A stretch of DNA of 64,000 bases from a virus (Duplodnaviria; Caudoviricetes): positions 32,001-96,000 of IMG/VR virus record IMGVR_UViG_650627003_000001; one strand, given 5' to 3'. Below the pieces are notes generated by a model. It worked only from the letters and a program-made list of their open reading frames with translations, was not told the origin of the DNA and ran no database searches. Position 1 is the stretch's first letter; every line of letters begins with the position of its first letter. This document shows positions 8,743 to 17,060 of the stretch, in pieces. The position numbers and the translations under genes are program-made.

Positions 8743-9450
8743 TCAAGGCTCCAAGAATGTTTTTACATAATCAAGATCACGTTCAAATACATGAGCAGAC
8801 ACAATTGAGTGTGAATATGTGCCAACAGAAATTCCAAGTTGTTCGGCCATATACATCATAAAACGCTGCATCAAGTAAAAATCAAGTTGCATTACTACTG
8901 CGCAATTTTGACTACGCATATGAGTATGCATAAACAATTGATTATTGCGAATATAAAATGTGATCGAATCCGTGCATGGATATTCTAACGTTTCATCAGA
9001 ATCTAAAAGAACTTGATCTTGTTCCTGTAAGATTTGAAAAACTACTCGACGAGAATTTTCTTTTTCTCGTAACTCTTTAAGAAGAGCTGGCATTTGAGCA
9101 ACAATTCGTGGACCATAGAACGTATTGAAATTTGAAGGCAAGTTTTCTGATTTTGGTTTTGCAATAAATTTTGCAACAGACGCATAATCTTTAAATGCTT
9201 CTTCAGCATCAGTGCCGCCTTGGATCATGAATTCCCAGAATTTCTCTGCATAATCATAATCAATACGACTGATTCGTGAATCACTAAAAACGGCACCTTT
9301 TTCTGGCAATGCTACTTCAACCAAAATAGAACCAACTTCTAAACATTTACCGATTCGTGAATCAGTTTCGAATTCGTAATTTTCGACTACATATTGATTC
9401 AAACGTTTAAATGCCAATTCAAAAGTTGTTGCTGTGATGTATTTGCTCAT
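8743..9450 (-). CDS. dCMP-modifying thymidylate synthase homologue (gp42 locus; hydroxylase or hydroxymethylase)
   Basis: YGPRI, SRR, YPC catalytic Cys, MRSQN....LD with Asp at the Asn177-equivalent position, SAHVFE. Confidence 0.85.
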   Translation of the reverse strand: MSKYITATTFELAFKRLNQYVVENYEFETDSRIGKCLEVGSILVEVALPEKGAVFSDSRISRIDYDYAEKFWEFMIQGGTDAEEAFKDYASVAKFIAKPKSENLPSNFNTFYGPRIVAQMPALLKELREKENSRRVVFQILQEQDQVLLDSDETLEYPCTDSITFYIRNNQLFMHTHMRSQNCAVVMQLDFYLMQRFMMYMAEQLGISVGTYSHSIVSAHVFERDLDYVKTFLEP

Positions 9451-9824
9451 AAGTCTCTCACTTTATCTGGTTTATGTAATCCTAACATATCCGAACCATA
9501 AAGCTTTTTAAACACGTTAGGAGTTAATGCTTTGTCATCAATGATAAAATCATATGAAGGCTTATGCGTAATAAGCTCATGGTATTTTAGACCATGCTTT
9601 TTAAGATTGCTTATAAGCGCAGGAACGATTTCTGACGTGATTTTATCTGGACCAACTGATGTCATACCACGTGCTGTAAACAACGTAATGTGGTGTCCTA
9701 AATCGTATAATGAATTGATCATTCGGACCATTTCAGTATTGGCTTCGAAGTTTTCGTAATCACGATTATCGTTCCAATATGTGATCGTATCGTCTATGTC
9801 CACGCAAAAACGTTTCTTTTCCAT
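9447..9824 (-). CDS. small HAD-family phosphatase (start moved to MEKK)
   Basis: DIDDT motif I, FTARG, KP..DFIIDDKA; SD GAGGA before 9824. Confidence 0.85.
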   Translation of the reverse strand: MEKKRFCVDIDDTITYWNDNRDYENFEANTEMVRMINSLYDLGHHITLFTARGMTSVGPDKITSEIVPALISNLKKHGLKYHELITHKPSYDFIIDDKALTPNVFKKLYGSDMLGLHKPDKVRDL

Positions 9825-9825
9825 G

Positions 9826-10572
9826 TTAATCCTCGTCGTGATCAATATATGTAGTCATTATATCATATTTGTAGCCAATTGTGCAATTAGCTATTTTACG
9901 AGCAATGATCATTCTCGGCTCACCGGTTAAGAGTTCAGCCTTTCTAAGAGATGAATAATATTTGCCATTTATAACGACAAACTTTTGTTGTTTGTGCGAA
10001 TTCCTCGATTCATCGACATATCTAATGTTAAGATAGTTTTTACTATCTAATTTACGCTTGATATGTGATACACCAGAATTTTCATTAGCTAGATAAATGC
10101 TATCGTATATAACACCGTTAACAATAACTTTAACAGCTTGCGCAGAAATCTTTCCATACAAAGGATGATTCTTGCGAATAGATTCAGTCATTTCTTTGGT
10201 CCATGTTCTCCCAAAGGCAGGATTCTTTTCTCCAGCAAAACGCCCTTTGTTTGCCTTTGAGATTTTGAGTTTTGTCTCTTCTGATAAACCTGAACTTCCA
10301 CCTTCTCCGCCGCGCTTAAGATTGTAGTACATCTTATCTGTAATAAGATCATCAGTAACAAATTTTGTCTCTTGTTCAACAAGCTCTTCTCGTGAAGCAC
10401 AGTAAAAGAGAATTTCTTTGACAAAATTCTCTTTTCCATATCTTGATATGGCTCTTCGTAAAATTTTACCTGAGCCTAAATATTCATCAATTGAACCTTT
10501 AGGCTGAGAGTGCATACCGATATACATTTTACCATTGACAAGATTTGTGGTCTTATAAATGTAATGTAACAA
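9826..10572 (-). CDS. GIY-YIG homing endonuclease (Seg-like)
   Basis: YIYKTTNLVNGKMYIGMH, YLGSG, YYNL, SEETKLKIS NUMOD3-like; TTG start. Confidence 0.9.
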   Translation of the reverse strand: MLHYIYKTTNLVNGKMYIGMHSQPKGSIDEYLGSGKILRRAISRYGKENFVKEILFYCASREELVEQETKFVTDDLITDKMYYNLKRGGEGGSSGLSEETKLKISKANKGRFAGEKNPAFGRTWTKEMTESIRKNHPLYGKISAQAVKVIVNGVIYDSIYLANENSGVSHIKRKLDSKNYLNIRYVDESRNSHKQQKFVVINGKYYSSLRKAELLTGEPRMIIARKIANCTIGYKYDIMTTYIDHDED

Positions 10573-10583
10573 AATACGTTCCC

Positions 10584-10901
10584 CTAATTATGACTCACCA
10601 ATAATGTAAATGTTAAAGTATCTTTTTCATGCTCGGCTTCATCAATTGGGTTTAACATCCCGCGAGATTTATAACCTGCTTGGTACACAATAGTAAGTTG
10701 TGTTTTACTACGCATTGTGTTTAAAGCGTCATTGATTTTCTTGTAAGAACCATATGGTCCTTTATAAGATACTGCATATCGTGATTGAGTACGATCGCGA
10801 AGAATTTGTTGTTCGATTTCAGATTCTGCACGACGAATCATTGCTTCTGCTTCTTCAATGTATTCACTTGGCTTTTGACACAATGATAATAAGTCTTTCA
10901 T
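10584..10901 (-). CDS. hypothetical protein
   Basis: 105 aa ORF abutting neighbours. Confidence 0.75.
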   Translation of the reverse strand: MKDLLSLCQKPSEYIEEAEAMIRRAESEIEQQILRDRTQSRYAVSYKGPYGSYKKINDALNTMRSKTQLTIVYQAGYKSRGMLNPIDEAEHEKDTLTFTLLVSHN

Positions 10902-10902
10902 A

Positions 10903-11238
10903 TTATACTTCCTTACGAGTTAAAGTAGTGATACAACTAAGCTCAAAACGCTCTGGACCAATTTGATTCTTTTCGAATTTAAACGTCAATAAACTAGAAT
11001 CATCACGAGTCATATGGTATTTAAAACGTTTGTCGATCATTACTCTAAATTCGTCAAAGCACGCATTTGAAGAAAGCTCTTTACTTGTTTTGAATACAAA
11101 TGAATTATGAAATCGATCTCTGTCAATTTGGTTTAAAAGCCCGTGCCAAGTATCTTTGACGATGTCGTCAGCATTTTTAAGATAATTAAATCCGTTAGGA
11201 CACTCACGCAATTTAGAAGTAAGAGATTTAATATGCAT
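10903..11238 (-). CDS. hypothetical protein
   Basis: 111 aa ORF, TAATG coupling with upstream gene. Confidence 0.75.
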   Translation of the reverse strand: MHIKSLTSKLRECPNGFNYLKNADDIVKDTWHGLLNQIDRDRFHNSFVFKTSKELSSNACFDEFRVMIDKRFKYHMTRDDSSLLTFKFEKNQIGPERFELSCITTLTRKEV

Positions 11239-11555
11239 TAGTATAAGTCCTCTGAATATAACGTACCAGGTGTTCCAGTTACACGTCGGATTTGATTTGC
11301 ACTTTTAGCGACGTCCCATGCCTCTTCACGTGTTACAAACTCGCGGCGGTTAGTTACAAATCCTTGTTCCCAATCATGATAGTGAGTACCAGCTTCAAAA
11401 ATTTTATCAGCAACTTTAAAAAAGTCAGGAGAACCATGGCGCTTTGACATGATAACTAAATCAGTTTCTGGTTGACGAGCTGCTGCAGCAACTACAATTT
11501 CTGGTAACTCGATGTATCCAGTACGACGACTAACGTTTAATAAATAACCACTCAT
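11238..11555 (-). CDS. conserved phage protein (QGF..TREEA..LYSEDLY type; start moved to MSGY)
   Basis: SD GGAGG before ATG 11555; motif pattern recurrent in phage hypothetical proteins. Confidence 0.7.
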   Translation of the reverse strand: MSGYLLNVSRRTGYIELPEIVVAAAARQPETDLVIMSKRHGSPDFFKVADKIFEAGTHYHDWEQGFVTNRREFVTREEAWDVAKSANQIRRVTGTPGTLYSEDLY

Positions 11556-11575
11556 TTCATTTCCTCCAGAGAAGC

Positions 11576-13252
11576 TTAAAGCTTCTCCCAATCAAAACAT
11601 CCACCTTTATCAGACGGATAATATTTTTCACCAGTTTCTAGATCAGTCAATAACCATTTACGAGGAGTACGTGTCACAAGCTCAGCTCGAATCGGTTTAT
11701 CTATATCGTAAACACGTGTGCCATCTTTTAGTCGACGACCAACTCTCTTTAATGCTCGTGTTAACAAGTACATGCCATAAAGATACGCTGAAACTGCCTT
11801 TAAAGGATTATTTTTAAAATATCCGCCTAATGCAACCCATATTACACCAACCCACAACTGATGTAAACTGTTAAATTCGGGTAAATCATACGGACGATTT
11901 ACTAATGGATCGATAGTTACACTTACATGATGTAGACCACCTTTCGAGAATCCACCCCATAACGGATCTGAATTAAAATTGTCATAGCCAGTAATAGCGT
12001 ACAACACTTTACATTCGTCGTACATTCTTGGACCCATGATATTTGATTGACCAAAATAACCACGTGGGTCGATAATTTTTACATTATCATTTTCGTCAAT
12101 AAAGATATTGCTAAAGTTTGGGTCACCATGAATTACATTATACACTTGGTTTTCTTCTGCATTAACAAGATGATTGTATGCTTGTTCAAGCATTGGTTTT
12201 AGACGTCCAATCTTTACTCCATTTACGTACTGCACGTTGCCTGCTAACGAAACAATAAGAGGGTAAATAGAATCACAACGGTCAATAACTTTATCAATAA
12301 CTTCGTATTTGAAATCACGTTCGATTGTCTTACGATGCATTTGGTGTTGAACATCAGGATTAAATTCTAAAGCTTCTAAAACATCATTAATGCGATGCTT
12401 GTCAAAGCACTTATAGAATTCCTTTCCTTTGATTCGTTCCATTGAAATCATAGAACCTTCGTCATGTCCACGATAGTTTAAAATTTTAGGCACTGACTTT
12501 GAATCAATTTGCATATACCAATTGACTTCTAAGTCTTGCAATTCACGACCTTTTTCATTGATTGCTGTTTTATAGACCATATTTTCTGTGATTTCTACTT
12601 TGTTAAAATCACGTGGAACAATAAGATTTTTGTGTGCTTTTTCTAGCTTTACTTTATCACCTAAGTCAACAAGATCTATTAATTCGTCTTCGTACATTGT
12701 ATTTGGAACTAATGTACTGATGAAATCAATCCCACGATAAAAATCGTTTGCAACTTCTTTATCGACAAATGACTTAATGTAGAAATCGTTAATTTGATAT
12801 ACACCAACAACATTACCACCAGTCGCGCCAACTTCTTTTAATTCTTGAGTTTTGCCGTCAAAATTAAATCGACACTCATCGCCAAATGTATAAATGTGAT
12901 CACAATCCCAGGAAAAAGAATCAAACTTTGGAATCACGTCACACCAGTTAAAAACTACGTTATGTCCGTTTAAATTCGGAATACGAGAGATCGCATAAGC
13001 GGAGCCGTATGCTTCGTCAACAGTTTCAATAGTTACTTTGATTCCTTGACTACGACAGTAACTCTCAGTCAACAACTTAAACTTTGAGTGTACAACGACA
13101 ATAATTTCGTCTGGGTTGTACTGAGAATACAAATCGTATAAATGCTTTAAGATTGTATGCTGACCATAATTCACTAATACCTTAGGAATATAATGCGTGA
13201 TCGGATACAAACGAGTTGCAAGACCAGCACCCAAGATTACTACTTTTTTCAT
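11576..13252 (-). CDS. sugar nucleotidyltransferase fused to APH/choline-kinase-like domain
   Basis: N-terminal ILGAGLATRLYP..PK; C-terminal IHGDPNFSNI..IIDP. Confidence 0.85.
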   Translation of the reverse strand: MKKVVILGAGLATRLYPITHYIPKVLVNYGQHTILKHLYDLYSQYNPDEIIVVVHSKFKLLTESYCRSQGIKVTIETVDEAYGSAYAISRIPNLNGHNVVFNWCDVIPKFDSFSWDCDHIYTFGDECRFNFDGKTQELKEVGATGGNVVGVYQINDFYIKSFVDKEVANDFYRGIDFISTLVPNTMYEDELIDLVDLGDKVKLEKAHKNLIVPRDFNKVEITENMVYKTAINEKGRELQDLEVNWYMQIDSKSVPKILNYRGHDEGSMISMERIKGKEFYKCFDKHRINDVLEALEFNPDVQHQMHRKTIERDFKYEVIDKVIDRCDSIYPLIVSLAGNVQYVNGVKIGRLKPMLEQAYNHLVNAEENQVYNVIHGDPNFSNIFIDENDNVKIIDPRGYFGQSNIMGPRMYDECKVLYAITGYDNFNSDPLWGGFSKGGLHHVSVTIDPLVNRPYDLPEFNSLHQLWVGVIWVALGGYFKNNPLKAVSAYLYGMYLLTRALKRVGRRLKDGTRVYDIDKPIRAELVTRTPRKWLLTDLETGEKYYPSDKGGCFDWEKL

Positions 13253-13267
13253 ATCAATATCCTAAAC

Positions 13268-13310
13268 AAAAAACCTAGTGCTATTATACACTAGGCCTTG
13301 TAAATGTAAA
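13268..13310 (-). promoter_or_regulatory. promoter with -10 inside terminator-like hairpin
   Basis: TTTACA-N16-TATAAT; CCTAGTG-TATAATAG-CACTAGG-TTTTTT. Confidence 0.7.
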
Positions 13311-13952
13311 TTAAATTGTTGATCGATTTTCGCGAATCATTTGTCCGAGTGAACCACCAGGATGGTATGTCAAAAAGTCTTGACGTGTAAAACCGATTTC
13401 TTTTGAAAGATTAATCCCAATAGTATCAAGTAATGCAAGAAGAACTGTAGTACTAGAAGTTGGAGCAAGTTTATTTTCGTCACATTCTACTACACCAGGA
13501 ACATTCATCACAAAGTCAAATGGTTCTTTCATTTCTTCTGGTAAGTTGTCATTGCATGACAAAAGAATTTGTTTTACTTCCGGGCGAATACCACGTAAAT
13601 GTCGAGCCATGCCTTGCATTTCTTCTGTTTTACCAGAACGCGACACATGAATAACTACGTCGCTATATCCGATAAATCCGGCATCGCCATGAGCGTAATG
13701 GCAAGTATTTAGATATAAACTTGGTACACCAAGAGACGCAAATGTTTCTGAAGCTTTAGCAGCTAAATTAGCATTTTTGCCAACACCAGTAATTACTACT
13801 CGATTTGAATACATTCTTGATCCGAATACCGTATTAAGAATCGAGTCCATCATTTGTTCGTATTTTTCTGAATTTTCGTCCAGGAAAACAGAAAGATTAT
13901 TCATACATCGAATTTGTTCTTCGATTACAGCTTTTGCATTTTGTACAAGCAT
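13311..13952 (-). CDS. SIS-domain arabinose-5-phosphate isomerase (KdsD/GutQ-like, no CBS domains)
   Basis: ITGVGKN, AHGDAG, SRSGKTEE, LAPTSSTT, HPGGSLG. Confidence 0.9.
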   Translation of the reverse strand: MLVQNAKAVIEEQIRCMNNLSVFLDENSEKYEQMMDSILNTVFGSRMYSNRVVITGVGKNANLAAKASETFASLGVPSLYLNTCHYAHGDAGFIGYSDVVIHVSRSGKTEEMQGMARHLRGIRPEVKQILLSCNDNLPEEMKEPFDFVMNVPGVVECDENKLAPTSSTTVLLALLDTIGINLSKEIGFTRQDFLTYHPGGSLGQMIRENRSTI

Positions 13953-13953
13953 A

Positions 13954-14211
13954 TTAAACTCCCGATGCGCCTGCGATTAAAGTAAAGAATCCAACTAATG
14001 CTAACCATCCAAATACTTTAGCAAAGTTTCCAAAACTTGTATTTGTTACTGACAAAATTAAGGCGAATACCCAACCGATAATAGTCCAGCCTAAAAATGT
14101 GTTGATTAAAAAGATAAATGTCGCTGGAGCAGCATGTCCACGCCATGAAATTAAAGTCGGCAAGAAGTATAACATTAAGCAAAGAACACCAGCTAGAATC
14201 ATTGTGATCAT
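13954..14211 (-). CDS. imm: superinfection immunity membrane protein Imm
   Basis: LYFLPTLI..IFLINTFLGWTIIGWVFAL; position between 43 and the 42 locus. Confidence 0.85.
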   Translation of the reverse strand: MITMILAGVLCLMLYFLPTLISWRGHAAPATFIFLINTFLGWTIIGWVFALILSVTNTSFGNFAKVFGWLALVGFFTLIAGASGV

Positions 14212-14543
14212 GATAGTACCCCGAATCGAGATTTAAAGTGTTTAACCATACAGTCTGCTACACCCGCGGCCGACGAAGTCAATTTACCGTCGTGATCTCG
14301 TGTCGTTTCACCAGTCGATAAAAAAGCTAACGCGCTACTCTTCCAAAGTTCTCGACATTCGATTTCAAAGTCTTTTTCTGCTTGAATTCGTTTTTCTACT
14401 TTACTTTGGTTTACAGCGTTAGTGAACTCACGCGCGTCATCAATAAATGTGGTCAAACGACAGTGCTTACATTGCACTTGTGGCGGGCTAGATAATAATT
14501 GTGGACTAAAATCAAATTCATGATTACAAGTTAATTTGTTCAT
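14208..14543 (-). CDS. hypothetical protein with N-terminal Cys/His cluster
   Basis: CNH...CKHC; SD GAGGA. Confidence 0.75.
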   Translation of the reverse strand: MNKLTCNHEFDFSPQLLSSPPQVQCKHCRLTTFIDDAREFTNAVNQSKVEKRIQAEKDFEIECRELWKSSALAFLSTGETTRDHDGKLTSSAAGVADCMVKHFKSRFGVLS

Positions 14544-14555
14544 AATAATTCCTCA

Positions 14556-14597
14556 TGTGTATGAAGCAATAATACTTCATACACAGTTTAAAGTAAA
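14556..14597 (-). promoter_or_regulatory. early promoter with -10 in loop of inverted repeat
   Basis: TTTACT-N17-TATTAT; TGTGTATGAAG..CTTCATACACA arms. Confidence 0.75.
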
Positions 14598-14601
14598 ACC
14601 T

Positions 14602-14826
14602 TTATCTAAAAGTTTTCAAATATTTGCTCACCGCCATGTCAGCGATATATTCTGCCGTATCAGAATAAGAATTGTTTTTATGTGATACATGAAGACCAGC
14701 TCCAATAGATGCTACAAATACGTCACGCCAGAGTTGTTTGCATTCTTTTGAATTTTGGTGCAATGGCTCAGGATAAAGAAATTTACTGGTTTCGTCTAAA
14801 ACTTGGTCTGAATCAAAACTTGTCAT
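14602..14826 (-). CDS. hypothetical protein, paralogue of 14208..14543 C-terminal half
   Basis: ECKQLW..A..IAD..V..Y...F versus ECRELW..A..VAD..V..F...F. Confidence 0.7.
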   Translation of the reverse strand: MTSFDSDQVLDETSKFLYPEPLHQNSKECKQLWRDVFVASIGAGLHVSHKNNSYSDTAEYIADMAVSKYLKTFR

Positions 14827-14835
14827 GAGTTTCTC

Positions 14836-16011
14836 CTAAAATGAAAATAGATCAGCAAGATCTGCTTTATGTTCATAATTAAGACCGGATGCTTCACACA
14901 TACCGGCAAGTGGATCGGCAAAAGATTTAACAAACAATTCACCGTAATCGATAGATGCTAACACATCGTCTCGAATCTCTTTAGGTAACTCTGTGCCAGA
15001 AGGCCATGCAATACATTTGTCTTGGAAAATGTTACCTTCTTTAAGCGGAAGCACCATTACTTTTTCACCTTCCATAATTGGAAGAATACCATCGTAGCCA
15101 TCAGTTGCTCGGTTATAAGTCAGTACACCACGAACATGATAAGGGCATTTAGAAGCAGGGAATCCTTTGCCATCGTTATATTTCTGAACATTATTCGCAG
15201 TTTTAACTTGGGCGATTACTTTATAATCTAACTCACGGTATTCTGCTTCAAACTTTTTGTAATGTTCTTGGAGAGCTTCTTCACCTTCTTGGAGCATTAA
15301 ACGAATAGATTCTTCTAATGCATCTTGTACGGCTTTTGGTGTAGAAGTTTGTTGTGTTTCCATGCCCATGATTTTAAGCTTTGGAGTTTTAAAACGTACT
15401 TCTTCCATGTCCCAAACACATAATGCATAACGCTTTTTCGCTTTCCAGAAGCCACCAATACCTTTTGAATTTAATGGTGGACAAGAAATCGCTTCGCGAT
15501 CCATGAACATTAAATGTTCTCGGTTATTCATGTACTCGCATAGTTCACGATATGCTTTGTCAATTGCAGGCTCCATCTTTTCTTTGCCAAAACGACTTAA
15601 GAATGTTACTTTTTCATCAGTAGTTTTGAAAGTGCCTTCAGGAATTAATGCAACTACATTGTCTACACAAACATAGATAGAATCTGTATCACCGGCAATA
15701 ACGTATGCAACATTGTTTGTTTTACAAACAACATTTAAGTATTCGTTTACCTTTCGTTCGATCCATTGAATTGCTAACTGCCCAAACAATGTAATCGCTG
15801 AGGCGTTTCGTAAATCATAGAATCTGAAATATATGTTACCAAGTGCTCCATAAAGCGAGTTGATCAAAAGTTTTCGGTTAATCTGATTTGTGTCACAAAT
15901 CATGACGTAGTCATTACACTCTGCTAAAGCAGCTTTTAATTTGTCTTGTGGAAGTGATTTCAAATACGCCAATTCTTCATCACCAAAAGGTTTACTAAAA
16001 TCTAGTTTCAT
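14836..16011 (-). CDS. 43B: DNA polymerase gp43B (C-terminal half; start probably MKLD)
   Basis: RKLLINSLYGALGN, IAGDTDSIY, KKRYAL, C-terminal clamp-binding LADLFSF; upstream ATG overlaps SD GGAG. Confidence 0.95.
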   Translation of the reverse strand: MKLDFSKPFGDEELAYLKSLPQDKLKAALAECNDYVMICDTNQINRKLLINSLYGALGNIYFRFYDLRNASAITLFGQLAIQWIERKVNEYLNVVCKTNNVAYVIAGDTDSIYVCVDNVVALIPEGTFKTTDEKVTFLSRFGKEKMEPAIDKAYRELCEYMNNREHLMFMDREAISCPPLNSKGIGGFWKAKKRYALCVWDMEEVRFKTPKLKIMGMETQQTSTPKAVQDALEESIRLMLQEGEEALQEHYKKFEAEYRELDYKVIAQVKTANNVQKYNDGKGFPASKCPYHVRGVLTYNRATDGYDGILPIMEGEKVMVLPLKEGNIFQDKCIAWPSGTELPKEIRDDVLASIDYGELFVKSFADPLAGMCEASGLNYEHKADLADLFSF

Positions 16012-16038
16012 ACTGATCTCCATAAAGGGTACAAGGAA

Positions 16039-16065
16039 ATAATATCATTTATAATTTTAAGTTTT
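16039..16065 (-). promoter_or_regulatory. middle-type promoter for 43B
   Basis: AAACTT-N14-TATTAT, same spacing as the gp40 and gp55 promoters. Confidence 0.5.
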
Positions 16066-16070
16066 AAAAC

Positions 16071-16103
16071 AAAAAAGCTATCTACTCATTCCGAATAGAT
16101 AGC
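16071..16103 (-). terminator. rho-independent terminator upstream of 43B
   Basis: GCTATCTATTC-GGAAT-GAGTAGATAGC-TTTTTT. Confidence 0.8.
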
Positions 16104-16141
16104 CTAGGATAAAAGACCTATTATAATAATAACACGTCATT

Positions 16142-16432
16142 TTAACGCTTTTTGTATAAAGAACCTTTTGGCCCTTTTGTGATCACCCATTGTGCTTCCG
16201 TTTGTTTATGATCACATTTTTTGCATGAGTGTGTAGTAATCACCTCAAACAATCGATGACTATTTGCAAACATTTGAGCATATTGTCGACTGTGTCCTAC
16301 ATTATGGATGTTGCTTTCTTTGCTTATCGCTTTATTGACACAGTATTTTGTGTAGCGACCAGTGTATTGACTAATACTTCGAAAGTCATGACGACATTTT
16401 GGTTTAAAGAAGTTAATAATAGCCTTAAGCAT
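16142..16432 (-). CDS. hypothetical protein (CxH..CxxC)
   Basis: 96 aa, SD GGAG. Confidence 0.7.
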   Translation of the reverse strand: MLKAIINFFKPKCRHDFRSISQYTGRYTKYCVNKAISKESNIHNVGHSRQYAQMFANSHRLFEVITTHSCKKCDHKQTEAQWVITKGPKGSLYKKR

Positions 16433-16613
16433 TTTTGTCTCCTTGTTGCCCTAGAATTGCGCCTAGGCGACTTTGTTTGACAGTATAAATGATTCCATCA
16501 AGTGCACCTTTAAGTCCCTTAGAGAACGAAATAGGCCCACCTAGAACACCGTCATTTTTACGGTATGATTGTACTAAAGATTCTAAGTATTGAATACGAG
16601 CTTTATCGTTCAT
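16425..16613 (-). CDS. hypothetical protein
   Basis: 62 aa, SD GAGG. Confidence 0.65.
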   Translation of the reverse strand: MNDKARIQYLESLVQSYRKNDGVLGGPISFSKGLKGALDGIIYTVKQSRLGAILGQQGDKNA

Positions 16614-16763
16614 TTTTTGCTACCTCTGCGTTCAAAGACTTAAATAATTGCCAACCATTACTATTTTTAAAGCTGAATCGAAATTGTGATATGTCACAAT
16701 TTACTGAGATACCATTACGTAGATGTGTAAATGAATTTGTATACTCATTAATTGAAACGACTT

Positions 16764-17060
16764 TTACTTAAGACCACTGCCCTGACGAATTGCTAATGCA
16801 CCAACTAATCGATGAGTTGTTTCGTATTTTTTGATCCAATCTGTGATACAAAGCCATTGAGTTTCTTCTTCATCGTCTGAATCCACCCAAGCAAATACCC
16901 AATCATTCATTTGCTTATTTGTAATCTTTGAATCAAGAGTATAAAATTGTATAAATGGACCTGAAACTATGCCTGCTCGATGAACGATGCTTTCTTCACC
17001 TGATACTTTGTTTTTACATAATACGCCTACTAATGGGAAAACTTTTTTCATTAGAACCAC
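16764..17060 (-). CDS. hypothetical protein, possibly frameshifted (continues in -1 frame to 16603)
   Basis: 98 aa ORF followed by 54 start-less open codons filling the gap to the next gene. Confidence 0.6.
   Translation of the reverse strand: MVLMKKVFPLVGVLCKNKVSGEESIVHRAGIVSGPFIQFYTLDSKITNKQMNDWVFAWVDSDDEEETQWLCITDWIKKYETTHRLVGALAIRQGSGLK

Noticed and set aside
13311-13952. Host LPS/Kdo gene contamination as explanation for the KdsD-like gene
   Set aside because: Embedded in continuous T4-like synteny, lacks CBS domains, and is grouped with nucleotide-modification genes rather than kds genes.
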